Both the position numbers and the translations under genes were made by a program. The notes under the pieces were generated by a model. The model worked only from the letters and a program-made list of their open reading frames with translations, was not told where the DNA came from and searched no databases. From Dehalococcoidia bacterium (GTDB lineage Bacteria; Chloroflexota; Dehalococcoidia; UBA2979), in assembly GCA_963667465.2 (NCBI GenBank), contig CAXXDN010000002.1, positions 864,001-928,000 of the forward strand: a stretch of DNA of 64,000 bases, in the 5' to 3' direction. This document shows, in pieces, positions 48,531 to 57,191 of the stretch; position 1 is the stretch's first letter, and each line of letters starts with the position of its first letter.

Positions 48531-50137
48531 GTGGCCTCCCTGTCCTGCGCCGTCCGCGGCTTCGCCTGGGCGACGTCCTCGATCACCCGGCTCTCTACGA
48601 GACTGCCCCAGCCGGGGAAGATCGCGGTGATCTTTCCGGCCTCGCTGCCTGCCACGACGATGTGCAGGCGCTGGGGGGAGTCGAACTTCGGGATCAGCTC
48701 GTCCAGCTGCGCCTCCGCCGGGCCGTTCGGGCCGAACTCCTCGAGGGGCCGTCCGACGCCGCTGCGCTCGTCCGCGATCAGCTCGCGCAGCGGCCGGTGC
48801 GTCAGCTCCCAGAGCCGCTCGGCCAGTCGCTGTTTCGTCCAGCCGTCGCGCCACAGCGTATCAACATGCTCCGGCGTGACCACCAGCAGCGTGTCGCGGC
48901 CCCCGGCCTTCGGATGCATCATCGCCTGCAGCGACATCGCGAGGCTGCCCGCGAGCGGCTCCGCGCTGCGCGAGGTCTGGTCCATGCTGATCAGCGGTCC
49001 GGGCACGGCGGGGAACAGCGTGACGACGCTCTGCTCGGCGGCGTAGCCGCGATCGACGTGGAGCGGCGTCCAGGGGCTGCGTTCCTCCCACTCGGCGAAC
49101 GTGAACGTGAACTTCGCGGGCGACCCCAGCGTCGAGCGCTCCGTCTCGCCCGGCTTCGCGCCGCCGACGTTGCGGAGCACCAGGCGCAGCGCGCGCCCGA
49201 TCGTCGCGTTCGCCCGGTTGCCCTGCCCGAGCGCCCCAAGGCCGGAGTTCATCCCGATGCGGTCGCGGATCGGGCCGTTCACGATCATCGCGGGCGAAGC
49301 GCCCATCGTCGTCGCCCACACGCCGTGCGCGTTGAAGGTGTCCGTACAGGCCGCCTCGAGGCTTGCGATCACGATGGGCAGGTACTCGGGGCGGCAGCCG
49401 GCGAGGACGGCGTTGATCGCGACCTTCTCGACGGTCGCGGGCGCCATGTTCGGCGGCACGACTGCCACCACCTCCTGCGCGTCGCGGCGCGTGCCGCCGA
49501 GCATGCGAAGCACGCGCTCCGGCGTCGGCGCGACCACTGGCAGGCCATCGCTGAAACCCTGGTCGAACATGAACTCGTCGGGATCGTCCGCCGAGCCGAC
49601 CTCGATCCGCCTCGCGAGCAGCGGGCTGCCCTCGGCGAGCGCGGTCAGGCGTTCGGCGATGCCCGGCTCGACGTTGCGCGCGCCGCAGCCCGGCTCGCTC
49701 TCCGGGTAGTCGCCCCACTCGACGGCGGGAGCCGCCGCGCCGCTGAGCTCGGCGAGCTGCGCGTACAGCGAGCGCCAGTCGTCGCGGCCGAAGCCGACGA
49801 AGCGCCCGAGCTCCTCGCCGTCCGCGCCGGCGAGCAGCACCGTCGGCACCGTATCGAGGTCGTAGCGGAACGAGACACCGAGCTCGGAGTCGTCGAGCAG
49901 CGGCAGGGTCAGGCCGTAGCGCTCGACAAGCGCCGCGTTGCCCGCGGCCTCCTGCCCGACCGCCCAGACATCGACGCTCTCGCCGAAGGCGCGGTGCGCG
50001 CCCTCGATCAGCGGCATCGAGGTGCGGCAGGTGGGGCAGTCCTCCTTGACGAAGGCGAGCAGCACCGGGCGGCCGCTCGGGAAGCTCCGCTCCCCGGCGG
50101 ATTGGTCGTGCAGCGAGAAGGCCGGTAGGGACGCCAT
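48527..50137 (-). CDS. Redoxin (CxxC) domain fused to a UGSC-associated domain
   Basis: N-terminal KEDCPTC thioredoxin fold, PGCG linker, then SDGLPVVAPT, ATVEKVAINAVLAGC, NRANATIGRA motifs; -10-like TAGAAT 8 nt before ATG. Confidence 0.82.
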   Translation of the reverse strand: MASLPAFSLHDQSAGERSFPSGRPVLLAFVKEDCPTCRTSMPLIEGAHRAFGESVDVWAVGQEAAGNAALVERYGLTLPLLDDSELGVSFRYDLDTVPTVLLAGADGEELGRFVGFGRDDWRSLYAQLAELSGAAAPAVEWGDYPESEPGCGARNVEPGIAERLTALAEGSPLLARRIEVGSADDPDEFMFDQGFSDGLPVVAPTPERVLRMLGGTRRDAQEVVAVVPPNMAPATVEKVAINAVLAGCRPEYLPIVIASLEAACTDTFNAHGVWATTMGASPAMIVNGPIRDRIGMNSGLGALGQGNRANATIGRALRLVLRNVGGAKPGETERSTLGSPAKFTFTFAEWEERSPWTPLHVDRGYAAEQSVVTLFPAVPGPLISMDQTSRSAEPLAGSLAMSLQAMMHPKAGGRDTLLVVTPEHVDTLWRDGWTKQRLAERLWELTHRPLRELIADERSGVGRPLEEFGPNGPAEAQLDELIPKFDSPQRLHIVVAGSEAGKITAIFPGWGSLVESRVIEDVAQAKPRTAQDREAT

Positions 50138-50207
50138 CGCGCCCCATTCTAGCGGCTGCGCACCCTGGCGAGGGCGCGACGTGTCGGCTGCCGCGGGGTG
50201 TGCGACC

Positions 50208-51911
50208 ATGGCTATGGCGGCGGGGGGAGAAGCACCGGAGGATACAGGCCCCGTGCACACGCGTCGCCGTCTCCCCAGGCGGCACTTCCTGACCGCCTTC
50301 GCCGGAACCGCCGCAGCACTCGCGCTTGCGCCGTCACGCGTCCTCGCCCGGAGCGCAGCCACGCCGCCAATTCGGGAGCTGCTGCCGCCCGCGGCCAGCA
50401 TCGTCAACAACCCCGCACTCGACGGCGAGTTGAGGCACTTCGCGTGGGTCTGGAGCCTCGACTCAGACGGCAGCCCGGAAGAGATCCGCGAGCTCCTCGC
50501 CGCGCACGACCTCGGCGTCGTCGTCAAGACCCACGACGGCGCCGACTGGATGTCCGATTTCGATACTTCCCCGGACGCGGTGAGCGGGCCCGAGCAGGTC
50601 TCGAAGCTGGCCGCGTTCTTCGAGGACGGCGGCGTGCCGTTCCATGCCTGGTACAACACTCACGGCCTCGACCCGAGAGCGGAGGCGGAGATGGCCGCCG
50701 ACGTTCTCAGCGCCGGGGCGCGCAGCCTGTTCATCGACCTGGAGGCGCACAGCGGGTTCTGGGAGGGCACGCCGCGCGCTGCGCTTCAGATCGGCGAGCT
50801 GCTGCGCGCCCGCCATCCCGACGCGTGGCTGTCGCTCTCGATCGATCCCCGGCCCTGGGAGATCGGGCGCATCCCGCTGGCCGAGTTCTCCAGCTTCGCC
50901 AACGAGATCGCCCCGCAGGTCTACTGGGGCCAGTTCCGTGACCCGGCCAACCTTGCGCGCTTCAGAGACGAGGGCTACGACCCGGGCAGTGTCGAGGGCA
51001 TCACGCCGGGCTTTATCCTCGGCGCCGCGATGCCGCAGTTGCGCGAGTTCGGGCTCCCGATCCATCCGATCGGCGACGGCACCGCCGGCAGCAACGACGG
51101 CTGGCCGGACTTCCTCGACGAGTCGTTCGCGCTGCTCGCGGAATCGGTCTCCGTCTGGCGCGTCGGCGTGGTCGCGCCGGGTGTCCTGCACCGGCTACGC
51201 GACACGCCGCCGCGGCGGGGGAGCTACGTCGTGCGGCCCGGCGACGCGCTGAGCGTCCTCGCGGACGGCTGGGGCATCGACCTGCGCGAGTTGATGGCGG
51301 CGAACGGTATCACGGACGCGAACCGCATCCAGATCGGCCAACGGCTCTCGGTGCTGCTCCCCTCGAGCCGGGGCGCGCACATCGCCGCGTGGCGATCGGG
51401 GGGAGGCAGCCACACGATCGCGCCGGGCGACACGCTTTCCCGTCTCGCGGAACGCTGGGGCACGACAGTCGGGGAGATTGCCCGCCTCAACGGCATCGCG
51501 GACCCGAGCCACGTCTGGGTCGGTCAGGAGATCGTGATCCCCGGCGGCGGCAGCCCGGCGGCCGCTACGCCTGTCCCGACGCGTCCCGACAGCTACACGA
51601 TCGCGCCGGGCGACACGCTTGCGGAGCTCGCGGAGCGCTGGGGCGTCAGCGTCGAGAAGATCGTCCGTCTCAACGGCATCACGGACCCGGACCAGATCTG
51701 GGTCGGCCTGCAGATCGCTGTCCCCGCCGACGGCGATGCGGCTGCTACACTGCCCGCCGCCCCGCCACCCGTCAGCTACACGATCGCGCCGGGCGACAAC
51801 CTCTGGAGCCTCGCCCGGCTCTGGGACACCACCGTCGAGGAGATCCTGCGGGTCAACCAGATCATCGATGGCGACTCAATCCGTGTCGGCGAGACGCTGA
51901 CCATCCCGTAG
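50208..51911 (+). CDS. Tat-exported protein with a putative glycoside-hydrolase-like domain and four LysM repeats
   Basis: RRHFL twin-arginine signal; four (Y/H)xxxPGDxLxxLAxxWxxxxxExxxxN LysM units; alternative start GTG 50253. Confidence 0.85.
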   Translation: MAMAAGGEAPEDTGPVHTRRRLPRRHFLTAFAGTAAALALAPSRVLARSAATPPIRELLPPAASIVNNPALDGELRHFAWVWSLDSDGSPEEIRELLAAHDLGVVVKTHDGADWMSDFDTSPDAVSGPEQVSKLAAFFEDGGVPFHAWYNTHGLDPRAEAEMAADVLSAGARSLFIDLEAHSGFWEGTPRAALQIGELLRARHPDAWLSLSIDPRPWEIGRIPLAEFSSFANEIAPQVYWGQFRDPANLARFRDEGYDPGSVEGITPGFILGAAMPQLREFGLPIHPIGDGTAGSNDGWPDFLDESFALLAESVSVWRVGVVAPGVLHRLRDTPPRRGSYVVRPGDALSVLADGWGIDLRELMAANGITDANRIQIGQRLSVLLPSSRGAHIAAWRSGGGSHTIAPGDTLSRLAERWGTTVGEIARLNGIADPSHVWVGQEIVIPGGGSPAAATPVPTRPDSYTIAPGDTLAELAERWGVSVEKIVRLNGITDPDQIWVGLQIAVPADGDAAATLPAAPPPVSYTIAPGDNLWSLARLWDTTVEEILRVNQIIDGDSIRVGETLTIP

Positions 51912-52047
51912 GATCGCCGCATGGACTTCGGCACCCTCCGGGAACACAGCGGTGAAGACTGGATCGCCGCCGCGCCGATTGCGGCCGGCATCTTCGTCGG
52001 CCTGCTGGGTATCGGCCCGCAACCCGGTCACCGCGAGGCTCTCTCGC

Positions 52048-52074
52048 GCAGGGTGGAGCGGCAGGGTGGAGCGG
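52048..52074. repeat. 13-bp tandem duplication GCAGGGTGGAGCG
   Basis: Read directly, upstream of tRNA-Gln. Confidence 0.8.
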
Positions 52075-52137
52075 GTGTGCCCCTCCCAATCAGGCTATCG
52101 TCGCCGGGGTCGTTTGCCTAGACTGGATCGTCGCCGC

Positions 52138-52211
52138 TGCCGGGTGGTGTAACGGTAGCACAGGGGACTTTGGATCCCTTGATGGAGGTTCGATTCCTCC
52201 CCCGGCAGCCA
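52138..52211 (+). tRNA. tRNA-Gln (TTG)
   Basis: TGCCGGG/CCCGGCA acceptor stem, GGGGA-CT-TTG-GA-TCCCT, GGTTCGA T-loop, encoded CCA. Confidence 0.95.
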
Positions 52212-52362
52212 TAACTGACTGTACTGCGAACTGCCTCCGGCAACTCGACCTCCGCAGCATCCCGCCCGCCGCGTGGGCTGTTCGGCGGCACCATCCTCGG
52301 GCGGCTCTCCCGGGTTCTATACTCGATTGACTCGATCGCCCTCCACGACCGTGGGGTGAGCC

Positions 52363-52696
52363 ATGACAACCAGCGAGCCCGGTAGCGAGCACAGCGGCGC
52401 GAACGTCCTCGTGGGACCGCTCGCCGGCCTCGAGGGTGGCGGGCCCCGCGTCGTCTCGGCCGCTGGACGCACGATCGTCGTCTTCGTCGTGGACGGCGAG
52501 GCGTACGCACTCGATAACCGCTGCCCGCATCTGGGCTTCCCGCTCAGCCAGGGCACCATCCGGCGGGCATATGCTGATTGGCGCGGCCCGCTTCCTGACT
52601 GCGCACTCGCCCACGGCGCGCGCCGCCGAGCAGACGTACGGCACCGCCTCCCGCCTGCACCGTGGTGAGCTGATCTACGAAGAGCCGCTGCCGTAG
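52363..52696 (+). pseudogene. Rieske [2Fe-2S] protein remnant with an internal deletion and frameshift
   Basis: ALDNRCPHLGFPL (first Rieske motif) but no second CxxH; a protein-like C-terminus continues in another frame after about 52560. Confidence 0.7.
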
Positions 52697-52776
52697 CCGG
52701 CGACTCCCGCCGATTCGGCCGCTCACCAGGTGTCGACGGCGGACGGGTCGCGCGGCGCGGGCGCTATCCTCCCGCC

Positions 52777-54123
52777 ATGAGTCGCGAGCCGACCGCGCCC
52801 GTGGACGAAGACGAGCCGCGCTCGAGGGCACTACCCGCCACGAGGCCGCGCCGCGTCTTCTGGGGCTGGTACATCGTTGCCGGCGCGGTCGTCGCGCAGT
52901 TCGCGGCGATGGGCGCCGGTGGCGCCATCGCGGGAGTCTTCCTCCGCCCGATGACCGAGGATCTCGGCTGGACCGCAGCCGAGTACGCCTTCGGCGGTTC
53001 AGCCGCCTTTCTGCTCGCCGGCATCGCCGGCTTCGTGATCGGGCCGTTCATCGATCGCTGCGGCGCTCGGCCGTTGATGCTCGTCGGCGCCTGTGTCTAT
53101 GCGGTCGCGCTCTTCGCCATGTCACGCGTCGAGGAGCTGTGGCAGTTCATCGCGCTCTCGATGATCGTGGGCGGCGCCGGCTTCTCGATGGTCGGGCCGC
53201 TGGTCGTCAATGCGACGCTCTCGAAGTGGTTCGTCGTGCGGCGCGGCTGGGCAATCGCGCTCGGCTCGTCGGGCATCTCCCTCTCGGGGCTGATCATGCC
53301 GCTGACGATGACGTACATCGTCGACTCGGCCGGGTGGCGCGAGGCCTACGCGATCCTCGCGATGGTCATCTTCGTGATCGTCGTACCGGTGGCGTTCGTG
53401 ATGCGCCGCCGCCCGGAGGACTATGGGCTGCTGCCGGACGGCCTCGAGCCCGGCTCGAATGCAGGCGTCGACCGCAGCGCAGCCGAGGCGCAGGAGCGCG
53501 ACGCCGCGAACTCCTACACGCGCGGCGAGGCGCTCCGCACGCCCGCGATCTGGCTGTTGATCGCCGGCTACGGCCTGAACACCATGGCGCTCACGGCGGT
53601 GCTGGTGCACGCCATTCCATTCATGACAGATAACGGCTTCACGCGCACCGAGGCGGCACTGGCGATTGCGGTGAACGGCGGCGCGAACCTCAGCTCGAAG
53701 TTCGTGTGGGGCTACTTCCTGCAGCGAGTGCATGTCCGCAACCTCGGGGCGACGGCGCTGTCGATCTCGGCGACGGGCGTGGTGACCATGCTCGTCGCGG
53801 CGCAGTTGGGCGCGCTGCCACTGATGTTTCTCGGGTTCTTCTTCTGGGGTTTCGGATTCGGCGGGACGGTGCCGCTCAGCGAGTTCATCTGGGCGAAGTA
53901 CTTCGGTCGCGTCCACATCGGGGCGGTGCGAGGCGTCGCGGCGCCGTTCACGATTGCCTTCGGTGCGCTGGGGCCGGTCCTCGGAGGGCTCTACTTCGAC
54001 GCGCTCGGATCGTACGAGGGCGTCTTCGCGGCGTTCGTCGTCGCCTACCTCAGCGGCGCCGTCGCGATCCTCGCCTCACGCGAGCCAGCGCCGAAGCGGG
54101 CGCCGCTCGAGGCCTCCGGCTAG
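52777..54123 (+). CDS. MFS transporter (OFA/MCT-like)
   Basis: 12 TM segments, GPFIDRCGAR motif A, KWFVVRRG, RRPEDYGLLPDG; TATCCT 6 nt before ATG. Confidence 0.92.
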   Translation: MSREPTAPVDEDEPRSRALPATRPRRVFWGWYIVAGAVVAQFAAMGAGGAIAGVFLRPMTEDLGWTAAEYAFGGSAAFLLAGIAGFVIGPFIDRCGARPLMLVGACVYAVALFAMSRVEELWQFIALSMIVGGAGFSMVGPLVVNATLSKWFVVRRGWAIALGSSGISLSGLIMPLTMTYIVDSAGWREAYAILAMVIFVIVVPVAFVMRRRPEDYGLLPDGLEPGSNAGVDRSAAEAQERDAANSYTRGEALRTPAIWLLIAGYGLNTMALTAVLVHAIPFMTDNGFTRTEAALAIAVNGGANLSSKFVWGYFLQRVHVRNLGATALSISATGVVTMLVAAQLGALPLMFLGFFFWGFGFGGTVPLSEFIWAKYFGRVHIGAVRGVAAPFTIAFGALGPVLGGLYFDALGSYEGVFAAFVVAYLSGAVAILASREPAPKRAPLEASG

Positions 54124-54269
54124 CCGCGCAGCGAGGCAGCTGTGGCCCTCTGGACATCCTGGGGGCGGAGTGAACACGGTAGAGATCCAGGATACGAGGG
54201 CCACCCGCTCGTCGCACCCGCAACAGGCGCGCGCGGCTGTATGTGCCGGACCTCCGCGGGTATATAGAG

Positions 54270-54821
54270 CACGTTCGTCGCCATGAGGAAGTTGACGAAC
54301 ATCGGCTTCAGGATCTTGTAGCGGAAGTCGCCCGAAAACCCACCGAGATTCAAAACCGTTCCCATGCTGACATAGTTGAACGGGTTGAGGGCATTCAGCA
54401 ATTTCGACTGCGATCGAGTGAGAGCGCCAAACCAGTGGAGGCGCCTCAGGAGTCGTTGGAACTTCGCAATCTCGGATTGCAGTTCTTCCCTGATTTCAGA
54501 GTCGAAATCGTGGGCATAGATGCGGCCACGGCATTTCACACTGTAGCTGAACCTGGTGTCGATCAGTTCGATACCGAACGCTTCCATCAGCAAGACGATG
54601 TGGTGATAGACGGACGGGATACAGGCGGACGGGATACAGGCGGTGACGGAAATGTCGAAGGGGATCGAACTGCCGTCAACTTGCGGCATGTCGGCAGTGA
54701 TCGCGTTCCCGCCAACCTGGTCCCGGGCCTCGAACAGCCGGAAGTCGAAGCGGTCTGGTTACTGGTGCAGCACCCAGGCTGCGCCGAGGCCGGAACTCCC
54801 CCCGCCGGCAATGGCAATTTA
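54270..54821 (-). pseudogene. FAD/NAD-binding oxidoreductase N-terminal fragment
   Basis: IAIAGGGSSGLGAAW...FEARDQVGGNA Rossmann motif; in-frame TAA at 54819-54821 and 54759-54761; 15-bp duplication (ACIPS x2) at 54611-54643; truncated after NFLMATNV. Confidence 0.75.
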
Positions 54822-55025
54822 CCGCGCCGCTGTCCCCGTCTCGCCGGTTGCCATCGCCCGCCGTCCCGCCAGCGCCGTCCCGCCATCGTCAATCGCCGCG
54901 CGCATGCAGGATACGAGAGTGCCTCGTTCATCGCACGGTCCGGCAGGCACCCGCAGCGAGGTCACCTTGCGGGGCGGAGACCACCTGACCTAGACTAATT
55001 TGAGGGCGGACGGCAAGGAAGCCTG

Positions 55026-57053
55026 ATGACTCTCTCCACGAGCCCGGTCGCGACGAATACTCTCACGCTGCCCGAAGAACTCGTGCTCATGCTGCTCAAC
55101 GAAGAGAGCGGCTACTTTCACCAGGTACCCGGCTGGAGTTTGAACTGCGCCGTCGCCGGTGCTGCGCTTGCCGAACTGTCACTGATTTCTCGTATTGATA
55201 CGGACATGGAGTCCCTGATCATTCTGGATGATACGGAGACGGGTGATCCCGTCCTGGACCTGGTCCTGGAGCAAATCGCAGCCGAGCCGGCCCAGCGGAA
55301 CGCCCAATACTGGGTGGAGCGACTTGCGCCCCGCGCGGAAGCGATCATTGATATGGCGCTCGAGCGGCTGGTTGACCTGAAGATCCTGGAACATCACGAC
55401 GGCGACTTCTGGACGCTGGCCCACACTGCATGGCAGACGGCGATGTTCAGCAGTGACGGAGACGGAACTGCCGCTGAGTTCGTCAGGACTCGTATCAACA
55501 AGGTCATCTTCAGCAACGAGATTCCCGCGCCCCGGGACATCATCATTGTCGCCCTTATTGATACGTGCGATGTATTCCGCTTCATGTTCCACCTTGAGGA
55601 GGAATCAGAGGAGCGTATCGAGCTCATCTGCAGGATGGATTTGATTGCCCGCGCCATCGCGGAAGCGGTCACTCAGAACATCAACGTTCCGCTACTGGGA
55701 CGCGCCGGGCTGACCAAGACGATACCGACTGTCCCGCTGCGCAAGTTCGTGCTCCATCGGCATCTCCGCGATGGCAACCTGCCTGCGCTGTTTGCGGATC
55801 TCGCGGAGCAATACGGCCCGGTGTACAAGCTCAATCCGCCGTTCCAGCAGCCGATGATCATTCTGGCGGGGCCCGAAACGAACTACTGGGTGCACCGCCA
55901 GGGGCGCATGTACCTGAGGGCCCGGGACTATCTCCAGGACTTCGAGAAGATCTACGGCGCATCCGGGATCCTGCCCGCGCTGGATGGCGCCGATCACTTC
56001 CGGTTCCGCAAGTCGCTGGCGTCGGGCTATTCGCGCGCGAGACTTGAAGGGCAACTGGAGGATCTCCACAACCACACCCGGTCACACATGGCGACCTGGG
56101 AGGTTGGAGACACCATCCCCGCAGTGACGATGTGCCGACAGTTGATCAACGCCCAGATCTCGCCCCTGATGATCAGCGTCGATTCGCAGGATGTCCTGGA
56201 CGATCTGGTCAAGTACAAGACACGTGCCCTGTCCACGCATGTTTTGGGTGTCATGCCCAAGTTCATGCTCAAGACCCCGGGAATGCGGCGCCGAGCGAGG
56301 AGCATCCAGGTGCTGCTGGAGCGCGTCCAGAGCGTCCACACGGCCGCCCAACGGGCGGGCTGCCCTCGCGATCTCGCGGACGACCTGCTCAGCCTGCACT
56401 CGAGCGACCCGTCGTTCCTCCCGGAGTCGAACCTGCGCTTCGCCCTCTCGGCGCCGCTGATTGCCAGCGTTTACCTCGGCGATGGGCTGAGCTTCGCGCT
56501 CTACTCGATGGCGTCGCAGCCCGAGCTCTACGCCAGGATCAGGGAGGAAGCCGACGCCCTGTTCGATGGCGGCGATCCGGGACGCGAGGACTTCACCGAA
56601 GAGTCGGTGGATGTCACGCGCCGCTTCATCATGGAGTCCATGCGGATGCACTCGATCGTTCCGATGTCCGTCCGGAACATGATGAACACGTGCGTGGTCG
56701 AGGGCTACGAGATTCCCGAGGGGGCGCGAATCTTCATCGCACAGACAGCGTCGCACTACATGAGCGACGTCTTCCCGGAGCCGTGGTCATTCGACATCGA
56801 CCGCTATCTGCCCGATCGCAACGAGCACCTCAGTCCGGGCTACGCTCCGTTCGGGCTGGGTACGCACACGTGCCTCGGGAACAGGTGGATGGAGTTGCAG
56901 CTGGCCGTCAACCTGCTGCTGCTGGCCCACCACTTCACGATCGAGGTGTCACCCGCGAACTACAAGCTCAAGATCGACCCGTTCCCGTCGCTCTCGGTGA
57001 GCAAGAAGCTGAAGTTCCACATCGCCGAGCAGCGGCGCGAGTTCCCCGCCTGA
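55026..57053 (+). CDS. GPP34/GOLPH3-like domain fused to cytochrome P450
   Basis: N-terminal LTLPEELVLMLL...AGAALAEL...TGDPVLD (GPP34-like); C-terminal ESMR (ExxR), FDIDRY and FGLGTHTCLG heme-Cys motif. Confidence 0.85.
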   Translation: MTLSTSPVATNTLTLPEELVLMLLNEESGYFHQVPGWSLNCAVAGAALAELSLISRIDTDMESLIILDDTETGDPVLDLVLEQIAAEPAQRNAQYWVERLAPRAEAIIDMALERLVDLKILEHHDGDFWTLAHTAWQTAMFSSDGDGTAAEFVRTRINKVIFSNEIPAPRDIIIVALIDTCDVFRFMFHLEEESEERIELICRMDLIARAIAEAVTQNINVPLLGRAGLTKTIPTVPLRKFVLHRHLRDGNLPALFADLAEQYGPVYKLNPPFQQPMIILAGPETNYWVHRQGRMYLRARDYLQDFEKIYGASGILPALDGADHFRFRKSLASGYSRARLEGQLEDLHNHTRSHMATWEVGDTIPAVTMCRQLINAQISPLMISVDSQDVLDDLVKYKTRALSTHVLGVMPKFMLKTPGMRRRARSIQVLLERVQSVHTAAQRAGCPRDLADDLLSLHSSDPSFLPESNLRFALSAPLIASVYLGDGLSFALYSMASQPELYARIREEADALFDGGDPGREDFTEESVDVTRRFIMESMRMHSIVPMSVRNMMNTCVVEGYEIPEGARIFIAQTASHYMSDVFPEPWSFDIDRYLPDRNEHLSPGYAPFGLGTHTCLGNRWMELQLAVNLLLLAHHFTIEVSPANYKLKIDPFPSLSVSKKLKFHIAEQRREFPA

Positions 57054-57095
57054 CCCGCGTGACCCGCCTGACCCGCCTGAACCGTCTGAACCGCC
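57045..57095. repeat. Degenerate 9-bp tandem repeat CCCGCCTGA x5.6 starting at the P450 stop codon
   Basis: CCCGCCTGA CCCGCGTGA CCCGCCTGA CCCGCCTGA ACCGTCTGA ACCGCC. Confidence 0.88.
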
Positions 57096-57191
57096 GGAGC
57101 CATTGAGGCCGCCTGATGGGCCTCCTCGCGTTCGACCGCGCGAGACGATGATGGGCGCGGCCGCCGGCCCGCACGCCCCGGGCGATCGCGC

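Noticed and set aside
49938-50659. Long overlap between the redoxin-fusion and LysM ORFs
   Set aside because: Artefact of upstream-most start calling. Likely starts at 50137 (minus) and 50208 or 50253 (plus) give a normal divergent promoter gap.
51921-52121. 66-aa ORF between the LysM gene and tRNA-Gln
   Set aside because: Only a short hydrophobic stretch, no recognisable family, and it runs into the tRNA promoter region; possibly a remnant.
54759-54821. Stop-codon readthrough in the FAD-oxidoreductase fragment
   Set aside because: The stops are TAA rather than TGA/TAG, and the gene is also truncated; pseudogene is the simpler explanation.
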